In this document: piece by piece, positions 47,213 to 56,773 of the stretch
How positions within the stretch are numbered: the first letter of the stretch is position 1
Layout: the number at the start of each line of letters is the position of its first letter
Assembly: GCA_050739415.1 (NCBI GenBank)
Contig: JBOIBD010000001.1
Coordinates: 760-64,759, forward strand
Direction of reading: 5' to 3'
DNA length: 64,000 bases
Source of the DNA: Gammaproteobacteria bacterium
Lineage (GTDB): Bacteria > Pseudomonadota > Gammaproteobacteria > Natronospirales > REEB76
Notes under the pieces: model-generated
What the model was told of the DNA's origin: nothing
Databases searched by the model: none
Seen by the model: only the letters and a program-made list of their open reading frames with translations
Made by a program: the position numbers and the translations under genes

Positions 47213-48296
47213 TGAAGGCATAGGCTTCATGGAACGGGATGTTAAGTTGCGCGGTCAGTCCCTCTCCGGGATGGCTCCGCAATTCCAGGCTGGCAAGATC
47301 GCCATAAAGATACTGCAAGCGTGCGCGAGTGTTGGCGATGCCGATACCCTCGCGGTTCCCGCGCGGTTCCGAGATCACCAGGCCCCAGCCATTGTCTTCC
47401 ACTTCGATCACCAGCAGTTCACCTTTGCGTGCAGCGCGCACCGTGACACATCCGGTGCCGGTGCGTCCGATGCCGTGGGTCACGGCATTTTCCACCAGTG
47501 GTTGCAGGATCATACCAGGCACCCGAGCATTCAAGGTGTCATCGTTAATTTCAAGTTCCACGTGCAGACGCTCCCGCAACAATGTTTCCTGGATAGCGAG
47601 ATAGCGTTGCAGAAAATCCAGTTCACCACGCAAGGCGATTTCCTGCTGGTTGCTGTTGTCGAGAGATTTGCGCAGCAAACCGCTCATCTGGGTGATGGTG
47701 CGGTCGGCAGCCTCCGGATCTTCGTAGGCCAATTCTGAGATCGCATTCAGCGTGTTGAAAAGAAAATGCGGATTGAGCTGGTTGCGCAAGCGGCGTAGTT
47801 CTGAGTTCACCAACTGATGCTTGACGCGGGCATATTGGGGCAGCAATAGAATGATCTGACAGATTCCCCAAACACCAAGATATATGGCAAATCCGCGCGG
47901 CAGACCGGCACGCACCGCTGCTCCCAGATTCGGAGCCCGCAGAACATCCGCGAGCCCCAGTACCGGCCACAGCCACCAGCGCATCAACAACAACAGGATG
48001 AAGATCATAACTACGCCGAGAAGCAGTTCTCTGCCGAGCCACACTGTCCCAGTGTGCTTGCGATTCCGCGTCCATTGATTCAATACCAGCACCAGAAATG
48101 TCACCACACCCCAGGCAAGACTTGCCGTGAATGCCTGGCCGAGGACCGCATTCACGCTCAAAGGAAAATCCGACCATGTGCCGTCGAGATAAACTCCCGG
48201 CGCGATCAGCAGCGACAATACGATCCAGCCCAGGATTGCTATAGCTACCGGTCGGCGGTAGTTGTTGTAGTCCTTATCCGTGTTGGATCCCATCAC
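47187..48296 (-). CDS. LytS/AlgZ-type sensor histidine kinase (His_kinase PF06580 + HATPase)
   Basis: 369 aa; about 5-6 N-terminal TM helices, H-box LNPHFLFNTLNAI, ATPase motifs LVENAVTHG and DNGWG. GTG/ATG start at 48296/48293 after GAGGAA. Confidence 0.88.
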   Translation of the reverse strand: MMGSNTDKDYNNYRRPVAIAILGWIVLSLLIAPGVYLDGTWSDFPLSVNAVLGQAFTASLAWGVVTFLVLVLNQWTRNRKHTGTVWLGRELLLGVVMIFILLLLMRWWLWPVLGLADVLRAPNLGAAVRAGLPRGFAIYLGVWGICQIILLLPQYARVKHQLVNSELRRLRNQLNPHFLFNTLNAISELAYEDPEAADRTITQMSGLLRKSLDNSNQQEIALRGELDFLQRYLAIQETLLRERLHVELEINDDTLNARVPGMILQPLVENAVTHGIGRTGTGCVTVRAARKGELLVIEVEDNGWGLVISEPRGNREGIGIANTRARLQYLYGDLASLELRSHPGEGLTAQLNIPFHEAYAFNEDPYPDR

Positions 48297-48573
48297 CCCG
48301 TTCCTCTGCTGCCCTACTTAAAGATATGCGTATTGATCATGGCCTACGATACAGCGAAATTGGCTGTATGCGCTCCCATGAAACCCACGATTCACCCCAC
48401 TTCGGCCACACTTCGTCACATATCCATTGATTGCGCATGAAGGTTCACCTAGTGTTGAGGCTGTGCTCAAACGGGTGCCGCCAGTGTTCCAATATGCCAT
48501 TGCGGCTTGCCAAGGCCGGTCGAAGTGCTTACCCTTTGCAACCCTTCAAGACGATTTCTCTGCAGAACAATTC

Positions 48574-49227
48574 ATGGATACGCAATTTGCCCGCTATCAG
48601 ATGGTCACCCAACAGGTGCGCGCCTGGGATGTACTCGACTTGCGCGTGCTGGCGGTTTTCGACGCCCTGCCCCGTGAGCAATTCGTGCCCGAGCTTTACC
48701 GAAAACTGGCATTTGCCGACATGCAGATTCCGCTGCCCTACGGCCAGTTCATGATGGCGCCCAAGGTGGAAGGGCGGTTGCTGCAGGCGTTGGATCCGCG
48801 GCCGAATGAAAGCGCCCTCGAAATCGGCACTGGCAGCGGTTTTGTCACCGCCTGTCTCGCCAAGATGGCGGGCGAAGTGCTGTCGGTGGATATTTTTCCG
48901 GGATTCATCGATGCCGCCGGCAAAACTCTGAAGGATTTGGGTGTTCACAACGCAAAACTTGAAACCCGCGACGGCACGCAACTCGACTGGCTCACACAGC
49001 GTTTCGATGTGATTGCAGTAACCGGCTCGCTGCCAACCTATCAGGATATCTATGCCCGGCATCTCAATGTCGGCGGCCGCCTGTTTGTCATCACCGGAGA
49101 ACTGCCGGTAATGGAAGCGCTGCTTATCACGCGTGTATCGGAAAGCGCCTGGTCTCGGGAAAGTCTGTTCGAGACCGACCTTCCCGCGCTGGTGAATGCA
49201 GTCCGGCCACAGCAATTCCGTTTCTGA
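48574..49227 (+). CDS. protein-L-isoaspartate O-methyltransferase family protein
   Basis: ORF 48427..49227 trimmed to ATG 48574 (MDTQFARYQMVTQQVRAWDVLD...); SAM motif ALEIGTGSGFVTACLAKM; 217 aa. Confidence 0.8.
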   Translation: MDTQFARYQMVTQQVRAWDVLDLRVLAVFDALPREQFVPELYRKLAFADMQIPLPYGQFMMAPKVEGRLLQALDPRPNESALEIGTGSGFVTACLAKMAGEVLSVDIFPGFIDAAGKTLKDLGVHNAKLETRDGTQLDWLTQRFDVIAVTGSLPTYQDIYARHLNVGGRLFVITGELPVMEALLITRVSESAWSRESLFETDLPALVNAVRPQQFRF

Positions 49228-49237
49228 GAGGCACTGC

Positions 49238-49564
49238 ATGCCGGTCGTTTCACTGAGCCCGCGGGAAGTGGCCGAACTGCGAAGTAAATCCACGCAGACA
49301 GTGACCATCCTGGACATACGTGAACCTTGGGAATATGAACGTGTGCACCTGCCTGATTGTCTGCATATCCCGATGGACGATTTGCGCGAGCGGCTCGACG
49401 AATTGGACCGGGAACAAACCTACGTGATCCTGTGTCATCACGGTAATCGCAGTCTGCAAGTGTCGGCATTCATGCAGGCGCAGGGCTTCCGGGATGTGAT
49501 CAATCTGTCGGGCGGTATCGAGGAATGGGCCGTCAGCCTTGAACCAAACCTGCCCCATTATTAA
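49238..49564 (+). CDS. rhodanese-like domain protein
   Basis: ORF 49196..49564 trimmed to ATG 49238; 108 aa; ILDIREPWEYERVHLP and active-site loop ILCHHGNRS. Confidence 0.82.
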   Translation: MPVVSLSPREVAELRSKSTQTVTILDIREPWEYERVHLPDCLHIPMDDLRERLDELDREQTYVILCHHGNRSLQVSAFMQAQGFRDVINLSGGIEEWAVSLEPNLPHY

Positions 49565-49680
49565 ATACGGCGGGAAGCCGATAAAATCGCCATGTTTCGA
49601 GAGACTTGCATCAGAGATATAAATGTTATAGTGTTGTATCTTACCAGCACACCTATGAGAAATAGCTACAAGGAACTACG

Positions 49681-51144
49681 GTGAAAACTCTACGCACCTT
49701 ATTACCCGCTTTTTTGGCTGCCGGTCTGTTCGCCGCCATACCGGCCTACAGCGCCGACCTCTGGAATATCTACCAGCTGGCCCAACAAAATGACCCGACC
49801 TTCGCCCAGGCCCAGGCCAACTACGAAGCCGCCTTGGAAGATAAACCCATCGCCCGCGCGGGTTATCTGCCCAATGTGGTGCTTACCGGATCGCGTAACG
49901 TCACCAAGTCCAGCGGCAATGTGCCACTGGGTTACGATCCAACCACTAATAGCTATATCGAAGGTAACGGCAGTTTCCGCTCCTACACCACTGCTTACGG
50001 TGCGCAATTGACCCAGCCGATCTTCGATTGGAGTGCATGGCAAACCATCGAGCAGGCGGATGCCAGCGTGGCCCAGGCGCAGGCAACATTCGTCGCTGCG
50101 CAACAGGACCTGATCGTGCGCACCGCCACCGCCTATTTCAATGTGATCACCGCGCGTGACACCCTGGCAGCGGATCACGCCGCCACCCTGGCCAACCAAA
50201 AGCAGCTGGATCAGACCAAGGCCAAATATCAAGTAGGCATGAGCGCGATCACCGACGTACAGAACGCCCAAGCCGCCTTTGACCAATCAGTAGCCAACGA
50301 GATTGCGGCCCAGCAACAGGTCATCAACGCGGAAGAGAGCCTGCGCGCCATTACCGGTCAGCCGGTGGGTGTGCTTCAGGAGCCTATCACCGACATGCCG
50401 CTGCGTTCACCCAATCCCGACAATACTCAACAATGGGTAGACACGGCGCTCAAACAAAACCCAAATCTGATGGCCGCCCAGGCCGCCGCGAAGGTGGCAT
50501 CCAGCAACGTCTCCATCAAGCGCAGTGGTCATTATCCGACACTGGATCTGGTACTGAGTCACAACGGGAACAACAACAACTCAGTGTCCGACATTCAGGG
50601 AATGGAGTTTGGTCAGTTACAGGACATCACCGGCAATACCGCCATTCTGCAATTCAATATGCCGCTGTTCTCCGGCGGCGGTGTGTACGCACAGGTGACC
50701 CAAGCGCAACGCCAGTACGATGCGGCACAAGACCAAGTACAACTGGTCACGCGCCAAACGGTGCAACAGGCGCGTACCTCGTATTTGGGTGTACTCACCG
50801 GTATCTCCCAGGTCAGAGCCTTGCAGCAGTCGGTGAAATCCAATGAGACTTCACTGCAGGCTATGGAGACTGGCATGAAAGTCGGTACCCGCACTATCGT
50901 AGATGTATTGCTGGCGCGTCAGAACCTCGTGACCGCGCAGACCAACTACGCGCAGAGCCGTGATACTTACCTCACCAGCCTGCTGCAACTCAAGCAAGCC
51001 GCCGGCGTCTTGTCACCCCAGGACCTCAAACAGATCAACGCTATGTTGCAGGTACCCACGCCCATGTCGTCCATGGACACACAACTCGAACCCAGCGATG
51101 CTGTCACGCCTGGCACACCGCCACCATCAGGCAACGATAACTGA
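49681..51144 (+). CDS. tolC: TolC-family outer membrane channel
   Basis: 487 aa; GTG start; signal peptide ending AYSADL. LWNIYQLAQQNDPTFAQAQANYEAA start and the duplicated alpha/beta architecture typical of TolC. Confidence 0.9.
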   Translation: MKTLRTLLPAFLAAGLFAAIPAYSADLWNIYQLAQQNDPTFAQAQANYEAALEDKPIARAGYLPNVVLTGSRNVTKSSGNVPLGYDPTTNSYIEGNGSFRSYTTAYGAQLTQPIFDWSAWQTIEQADASVAQAQATFVAAQQDLIVRTATAYFNVITARDTLAADHAATLANQKQLDQTKAKYQVGMSAITDVQNAQAAFDQSVANEIAAQQQVINAEESLRAITGQPVGVLQEPITDMPLRSPNPDNTQQWVDTALKQNPNLMAAQAAAKVASSNVSIKRSGHYPTLDLVLSHNGNNNNSVSDIQGMEFGQLQDITGNTAILQFNMPLFSGGGVYAQVTQAQRQYDAAQDQVQLVTRQTVQQARTSYLGVLTGISQVRALQQSVKSNETSLQAMETGMKVGTRTIVDVLLARQNLVTAQTNYAQSRDTYLTSLLQLKQAAGVLSPQDLKQINAMLQVPTPMSSMDTQLEPSDAVTPGTPPPSGNDN

Positions 51145-51165
51145 TAACCACATTCAATAGAATCG

Positions 51166-51199
51166 GATGACTCACCCGGCTCAGGCCGGGTGAGTCATC
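51166..51199. terminator. 15-bp perfect hairpin between convergent tolC and waaA
   Basis: gatgactcacccggc-tcag-gccgggtgagtcatc. Overlaps the waaA stop codon (51195-51197); no strong U-tract on either strand, so terminator function is tentative. Confidence 0.4.
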
Positions 51200-52466
51200 T
51201 AAGGTTCAGCACCGAGGAGACGAGCTTGAGTGCCTTGTCGAGTGCGCCGCGATTGGCGATGACTGTCTGTTGCGCCGCCTGGCCGATGTGCTGGCTGGTG
51301 CCGGGATTACCCACCAGCCAGATGAACGCCTCGCCCAGGGCTTTGGCATCATTCACCACGATCAGACCACCCGCATCCTTGAGCATCACCGCGATGTCGC
51401 GCATGTTGTCCAGATGCGGGCCCGCCAGCACCGGCAACCCCAAAGCTGCCGGTTCCAACAGATTGTGCCCGCCCACTTCCACCAGACTGCCACCCACGAA
51501 TGCCACATGGGCGGCGGCATAGAAATGCGTGAGTTCCCCCAAGGTATCCAGCATCAGAATTTCGCCCGCCTTGAGCGGCATTTCACCGGCACTTCGCCGC
51601 CGGCACACTAACCCTTGGGTGCTGATGAGTTCAGCAATGCTAGCAGCGCGCTCAGGATGGCGCGGCGCCAGCACCAACACACAGTTCGGATGTTGTCCAA
51701 GCAGACTGCGGAACGCCTCGAGTATCTGTTGGTCTTCACCTTCGCGAGTACTACCGGCCACAATCACCGTGCACTTATTGAAAAGCTTGCTGCGCAGTAC
51801 TTGACCTTCCTGGAGCAGTGAATCAGGCAATTGCAAGTCAAACTTGAGATTGCCCATGACCGATAGGTGATCGGGCGCTGCGCCGAGTTGACGAAACCCC
51901 TCGGCATCCGCCTGCGTCTGCGCGGCGATGGCCATCACTTGGCCGAGTGCGCTTCGCATCAAACCAGGCAGGCGGCGATAACGCGTCAGGGCGCGCTCCG
52001 ACAAGCGTGCGCTCACCAGCAACAGCGGGATACGGCGGTGCGTACAAGCGGTAAACAGGTTCGGCCAGATCTCCGTCTCCATGATGATGCCGATGACCGG
52101 GCTGACACATTTCAACCAGCGGTTCACGCATAACGGTAGATCGTAGGGAAGCTGCGCCACCAGTGCCTGTGAACCAAATAGCGCCTGGGCCTGTACCCGG
52201 CCACTGCCAGTGAAACTGGAGACCAGCAGCGGATGCTTGGGGAAATTCTGGCGCAAGGCTTTCACCAACGGAGCCATCGCGCGAATCTCACCGACCGAAG
52301 CGCCGTGCAGCCAGATGACTTCATTGCGTGGTAGATACGGATAACTGCCGAAGCGCTCACCTAGTTTGTCGCCGTGGCTGGTCTGGCGCAGCGTGCGCCA
52401 GGACATCCATGCAAACGCAAATGGCAGCAGCAGCAACAGGACGAGTGAATACAGGAAACGCGCCAC
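51195..52466 (-). CDS. waaA: 3-deoxy-D-manno-octulosonic acid (Kdo) transferase
   Basis: 423 aa; N-terminal membrane anchor, IWLHGASVGE and GGSLVEVGGHNLLEPA motifs of WaaA/KdtA. Confidence 0.92.
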   Translation of the reverse strand: MARFLYSLVLLLLLPFAFAWMSWRTLRQTSHGDKLGERFGSYPYLPRNEVIWLHGASVGEIRAMAPLVKALRQNFPKHPLLVSSFTGSGRVQAQALFGSQALVAQLPYDLPLCVNRWLKCVSPVIGIIMETEIWPNLFTACTHRRIPLLLVSARLSERALTRYRRLPGLMRSALGQVMAIAAQTQADAEGFRQLGAAPDHLSVMGNLKFDLQLPDSLLQEGQVLRSKLFNKCTVIVAGSTREGEDQQILEAFRSLLGQHPNCVLVLAPRHPERAASIAELISTQGLVCRRRSAGEMPLKAGEILMLDTLGELTHFYAAAHVAFVGGSLVEVGGHNLLEPAALGLPVLAGPHLDNMRDIAVMLKDAGGLIVVNDAKALGEAFIWLVGNPGTSQHIGQAAQQTVIANRGALDKALKLVSSVLNLR

Positions 52467-52474
52467 GATCCGGA

Positions 52475-53893
52475 CTAGATCCCGCGGATCTTATCGAGGG
52501 TGGCGGTAGTGGATACGCCATCAATATATTTTAGGATGCGGACCTGTCCACCATTTTTCGTGACACAGCCGTAACCGGCCACCTGCTCGGGCTGGTAATC
52601 ACCGCCCTTCACCAGTAAATCCGGCAGAAGTTTGCAGATGAGCCGCTCAGGCGTATCCTCGGAGAATGGTACCACCCAGTCCACGCAGGCCAGGGCGGCC
52701 AGTACCAGCATGCGGTTTTGCAAAGTATTGATGGGGCGGCTCGCACCCTTGAGTCGCTTCACCGAAGCATCGTCATTCACCGCTACGATCAAGCGGTCGC
52801 CGAGTTTGCGTGCCTGCACAAGATAGCTCACATGACCGGCATGCAGGATATCGAATACACCGTTGGTCATGACGATCCGTTGACCCTGACTGCGGGCATG
52901 TGCGACGGCGTCCAGCATCGAGTTCTCGTCTAATACGCCGTTGCCATTGCGGTTGTGAGCAGCTAATCGCAGTTCCGTCGGTGTAACTGAGGCGGCACCC
53001 AATTTCGCCACCACCAAACCGGCGGCGAGATTTGCCAACGCTGCGGCCTCGGCAAAATCAAGTTTTGCACCCAGTCCGGCCGCCAGTAGCGCGATCACCG
53101 TGTCACCGGCACCGGTGACATCCGAGACTTCCTGTGCCTGGGTGGGCAGGTGCAGCGGTGCTTTGTCTGCTTCCAGCAAGGTCATGCCGTGTTCGCCACG
53201 CGTGACCAATAATGCATGCAGGCCCAATTCGAGACGCAGTTTCTCGCCTTTGCTGATGAGGGCGTTCTCGTCCGGACATTCACCCACCACAGCTTCCAGT
53301 TCTGCGTGGTTGGGTGTGATCGCGGTAGCACCTTTATATATGCTGAAATCCCGGCCCTTGGGATCCACCAGCACGGTCTTGTTGGCAGCACGCGCCGCAG
53401 CAATCAGTTCCTGCACCCCACTCAGACTACCTTTGCCATAATCGGAGAGGATCAGGACATCGGCATGGGTCAGTGCTTTCTTGAATTCCGGAAGCAGTGG
53501 TGCGTTGATCAAGCCGTCGTGATTCTGCTCGAAATCCAGTCGGATCAACTGTTGATTGCGCGACAATACGCGCAATTTGGTGGTGGTTGCGATATTCTTG
53601 AGGCGGGTGAATCGGCACTGCACGCCGCGTGCTTGCATATTGGCGCTGAGAGTATCGGCGGCGGCATCATCGCCGGTGATGCCCAGCACTGTGCATTGCA
53701 CACCCAAGCTCGCCAGGTTCACCGCCACGTTGCCCGCGCCGCCCGGACGTTCCTCTGTCTGATTCACATGCACTACCGGCACGGGCGCCTCGGGAGAGAT
53801 GCGGCCGGTAGCACCGAACCAATAGCGGTCCAGCATCACATCGCCCGCCACCAGCACGCGCACCTTGTCGAACTGCGGGATGCGGATGTTCAT
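52475..53893 (-). CDS. hldE: bifunctional D-beta-D-heptose 7-phosphate kinase / D-beta-D-heptose 1-phosphate adenylyltransferase
   Basis: ORF 52475..54025(-) trimmed to ATG 53893 ([25 protein letters not shown]). Ribokinase-like N-domain plus cytidylyltransferase C-domain ([16 protein letters not shown]); 472 aa. Confidence 0.93.
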   Translation of the reverse strand: MNIRIPQFDKVRVLVAGDVMLDRYWFGATGRISPEAPVPVVHVNQTEERPGGAGNVAVNLASLGVQCTVLGITGDDAAADTLSANMQARGVQCRFTRLKNIATTTKLRVLSRNQQLIRLDFEQNHDGLINAPLLPEFKKALTHADVLILSDYGKGSLSGVQELIAAARAANKTVLVDPKGRDFSIYKGATAITPNHAELEAVVGECPDENALISKGEKLRLELGLHALLVTRGEHGMTLLEADKAPLHLPTQAQEVSDVTGAGDTVIALLAAGLGAKLDFAEAAALANLAAGLVVAKLGAASVTPTELRLAAHNRNGNGVLDENSMLDAVAHARSQGQRIVMTNGVFDILHAGHVSYLVQARKLGDRLIVAVNDDASVKRLKGASRPINTLQNRMLVLAALACVDWVVPFSEDTPERLICKLLPDLLVKGGDYQPEQVAGYGCVTKNGGQVRILKYIDGVSTTATLDKIRGI

Positions 53894-54019
53894 GCAAACC
53901 CCATCGTACCTAGGAAAACGCGCCGCATCATAACATGGGCTAAACGCCGGTCGGACGTCTGTACCGGATGCATCGGGGCCGCTACACTGGCGCCCCATGC
54001 GACATAAATACCAGCACGC

Positions 54020-54907
54020 ATGCAATACCGTTTACTGAAACCCCAATACTGGCCCACCTGGATGTTGCTCGGCTTCATGCGACTGATAGTGTGGCTTCCG
54101 TATCCACTACAACTGGCCGTCGGTTACAGCATCGGACATCTGTCGCGGTTTGTAGCCCCCCGGCGCTGGCGCATCACGCTGACCAACTTGCGAATGTGCT
54201 TTCCGGAACTCGATGAGAAAGCACGTCGACGGATTGCGAAAAAACATTTCGCGTCTCTCGGCATGGGCATCATTGAATTCGGCATGTGCTGGTGGATGAG
54301 TGAAAAGCGTCTGCACAAACTTGCATGCGAAGTGCGTGGCGTGGAACATCTGCAGACGGCACGCGCACAGGGGCACGGCGTGCTGCTGCTGGCAGGTCAT
54401 TTCACACAACTGGAAATGGTTGGCCGCATTCTCGGCCTGCATACCGACTTGCATCTGATGTACCGACCTATCCCCAATCCGGTCATCGAAGAAATCATGC
54501 GCCGCAACCGCGAGCGGCTATTCGACCACGCCATTCCACGCAACGACGTGCGTATGCTGCTCAAGAGCCTCAAGGAAGGTAAACCCATCTGGTACGCGAT
54601 TGATCAAGGTTACCGTGGAAAGGGCAGCATCATGGTGCCGTTCTTCGGTATCCCTGCGCCCACTAGTCCGGCGCTTTCGCGCGTAGCGCACGCCAGCCGC
54701 GCACCGGTGGTGCCATTTTTCGGCGAACGCCTGCCCGGAACCCGCGGTTACCGTTTGTCCATCTACCCTGCGCTGGAAAATTTCCCTACCGGCGATCCCG
54801 TGGCCGACACGCTGCGCATCAACAAATTGCTGGAAAAACACATCCGCCGCACGCCGGAGCAGTATCTCTGGAGTCATGATCGTTTCAAGGTCGTACCGCG
54901 CGATTAA
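54020..54907 (+). CDS. lpxL: lipid A biosynthesis (Kdo)2-lipid IVA lauroyl/acyl-transferase
   Basis: 295 aa; N-terminal anchor ([18 protein letters not shown]) and acyltransferase motif [10 protein letters not shown] typical of HtrB/LpxL/MsbB. Confidence 0.85.
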   Translation: MQYRLLKPQYWPTWMLLGFMRLIVWLPYPLQLAVGYSIGHLSRFVAPRRWRITLTNLRMCFPELDEKARRRIAKKHFASLGMGIIEFGMCWWMSEKRLHKLACEVRGVEHLQTARAQGHGVLLLAGHFTQLEMVGRILGLHTDLHLMYRPIPNPVIEEIMRRNRERLFDHAIPRNDVRMLLKSLKEGKPIWYAIDQGYRGKGSIMVPFFGIPAPTSPALSRVAHASRAPVVPFFGERLPGTRGYRLSIYPALENFPTGDPVADTLRINKLLEKHIRRTPEQYLWSHDRFKVVPRD

Positions 54908-55625
54908 TCACCCCGGGCGTGTTGTTGTAACCTCCAAGCAACGCCTCCCATGCATACCCATCCTCAGTGAGATCGGGAACAGGAAGTTTGCGCAGCGAGC
55001 GCAGCAAACGTTTCAGATTTGCTTCCTGCCACCGCACACTTGGTGAACGCTGCTCACCACGGTCGAAGTCAACCAGATAGACATCGTTGTGGCTATTTAT
55101 AAGAATGTTGTGAGCATTAAGGTCTGCGTGATAAACGCCGGCGTTGTGAAAACGACGGATGCAAATCCCAATCTGGTTCCAGGGCAGCGCTTCGATACGG
55201 GTATCCTGCAGATGTGCCGCAAGCGAACGCGTGTCAGGAATCAGGCGCGTGATCAGATCGCCGCGATACGCAGGGCCATGAAGTGTCACCTGCGCCGCTA
55301 CCGGCTGCGGCACCGGCAGGCCCTCTCTATATAATTCCGCGAGAAGTTTCCATTCGCGCCAGGGCCGGGTGCTCTCGAGCCCCCGCCACAGGTAATAATC
55401 CCGGCTGACATACCGCACCAATCCACCGCGGCGGTAATGTCGCAATACCCACGACTGCTCACCCCGCTCCACTATCCAGGTGTTGCCACGCCCGCCTACT
55501 GCACCACGCAACGACGAATGTCGTACCCAGTGGTGTGGAGAGAACAGTTCCTCGCCCGCATGGTTTGTGAGCGCATCATCGTATAGGATGAAACCCCATT
55601 TTGTGGTGACTGTGCGTTCAGCCAT
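54885..55625 (-). CDS. kdkA: 3-deoxy-D-manno-octulosonic acid kinase
   Basis: 246 aa; WVLRHYRRGG and kinase catalytic loop GVYHADLNAHNILI typical of KdkA / LPS-kinase family. Its 3' end overlaps the lpxL 3' end by 23 nt (convergent). Confidence 0.75.
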   Translation of the reverse strand: MAERTVTTKWGFILYDDALTNHAGEELFSPHHWVRHSSLRGAVGGRGNTWIVERGEQSWVLRHYRRGGLVRYVSRDYYLWRGLESTRPWREWKLLAELYREGLPVPQPVAAQVTLHGPAYRGDLITRLIPDTRSLAAHLQDTRIEALPWNQIGICIRRFHNAGVYHADLNAHNILINSHNDVYLVDFDRGEQRSPSVRWQEANLKRLLRSLRKLPVPDLTEDGYAWEALLGGYNNTPGVINRAVRP

Positions 55626-55630
55626 CCGTC

Positions 55631-56713
55631 ATGCCCCAAGTGATGAAACCGCCCGTTACTGTTTGCATCCTGCGTCTCTCCGCCGTGGGCGATGTGTGCC
55701 ACACGCTGCCGGTGGTGCGCAGTCTACAGGCTGCCTGGCCTGATACCCGTTTTACCTGGATTATCGGCAAACTGGAAGCGAGCCTGGTGGCGGATATTCC
55801 CGGCATCGAGTTTATCATCTTCGACAAATCCAAAGGCCTGGGCGCCTACCATGAGTTGCGTCGGACATTGCGCGGCCAGCGTTTCGACCTGCTACTGCAG
55901 ATGCAGATGTCCTTGCGCGCAAGCCTCGCGAGTGTATCCGCGATACATGCGCCGCTGAAACTGGGGTTTGATCGTCAGCGCGCCCACGATTGGCAATGGT
56001 TGTTTACTAACCGGCGCATCCTCTATAGACCACACCAGCATGTAATGGACAGCTTCTTCGGTTTTACCGAGGCTTGCGGTGTCAGAGAACGATTGCTGCA
56101 TTGGGATATTCCCATACCTGAGGAGGCTCAAGCCTTCGCCCAAATAAGAATACCGGACAATGTTCCAACTCTGGTCATCAGCCCCTGTGCCAACGCGCGG
56201 TTCCGCAACTTCCGAAACTGGCGCGCCGAACGTTATGCCGCAGTCGCCGACTACGCTGCCGATAAACTCGGTCTGCGGGTGCTGCTTTCCGGCGGACCCA
56301 GCGATGTGGAACGGGTCTACGGCAAGCAGATCGAAACTACCGCCCGCAGCAGACCGCTTAATCTCATCGGCCGCACAAATCTCAAACAACTGCTTGCGTT
56401 GCTCGCGCGCGCTACCGTGCTCATCTCGCCCGACTCGGGTCCTGTGCATATGGCGACCGCGGTGGGCACGCCGGTGATTGGCCTATATGCGGCCACCAAT
56501 CCGGACCGTGCTGGTCCGTATCTAAGTCAGCGCTGGCGCGTGAACCGCTATCCCGAGGTCATGCAGAAAATCAATCACGAGGATGCGGAACACGCGCCCT
56601 GGGGCACGCGAGTACGGGATCCGGCGGCTATGGATATGATCAAGGTCAATGACGTCACCGCCAAACTGGATGAATTCATGGCAACACGCCAACGTGGTGA
56701 GAATCTGCTTTGA
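55631..56713 (+). CDS. glycosyltransferase family 9 (LPS heptosyltransferase-like)
   Basis: 360 aa (alternative start ATG 55643, MKPPVTV...); ILRLSAVGDVCHTLPVV and SPDSGPVHMATAVGTPVIGLY motifs of GT9. Confidence 0.85.
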   Translation: MPQVMKPPVTVCILRLSAVGDVCHTLPVVRSLQAAWPDTRFTWIIGKLEASLVADIPGIEFIIFDKSKGLGAYHELRRTLRGQRFDLLLQMQMSLRASLASVSAIHAPLKLGFDRQRAHDWQWLFTNRRILYRPHQHVMDSFFGFTEACGVRERLLHWDIPIPEEAQAFAQIRIPDNVPTLVISPCANARFRNFRNWRAERYAAVADYAADKLGLRVLLSGGPSDVERVYGKQIETTARSRPLNLIGRTNLKQLLALLARATVLISPDSGPVHMATAVGTPVIGLYAATNPDRAGPYLSQRWRVNRYPEVMQKINHEDAEHAPWGTRVRDPAAMDMIKVNDVTAKLDEFMATRQRGENLL

Positions 56714-56773
56714 AAGCTGAATGTCAGCGAAGACAAACAACGCGTGCGACCTGAAAGCGTTGCAGAGGTAAAG

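Noticed and set aside
48529-49317. 262-aa minus-strand ORF
   Set aside because: Antisense to the pcm-like and rhodanese genes; no motif, no ribosome-binding site; considered spurious.
53216-54007. 263-aa plus-strand ORF
   Set aside because: Antisense to hldE, which is full-length with both catalytic domains; spurious.
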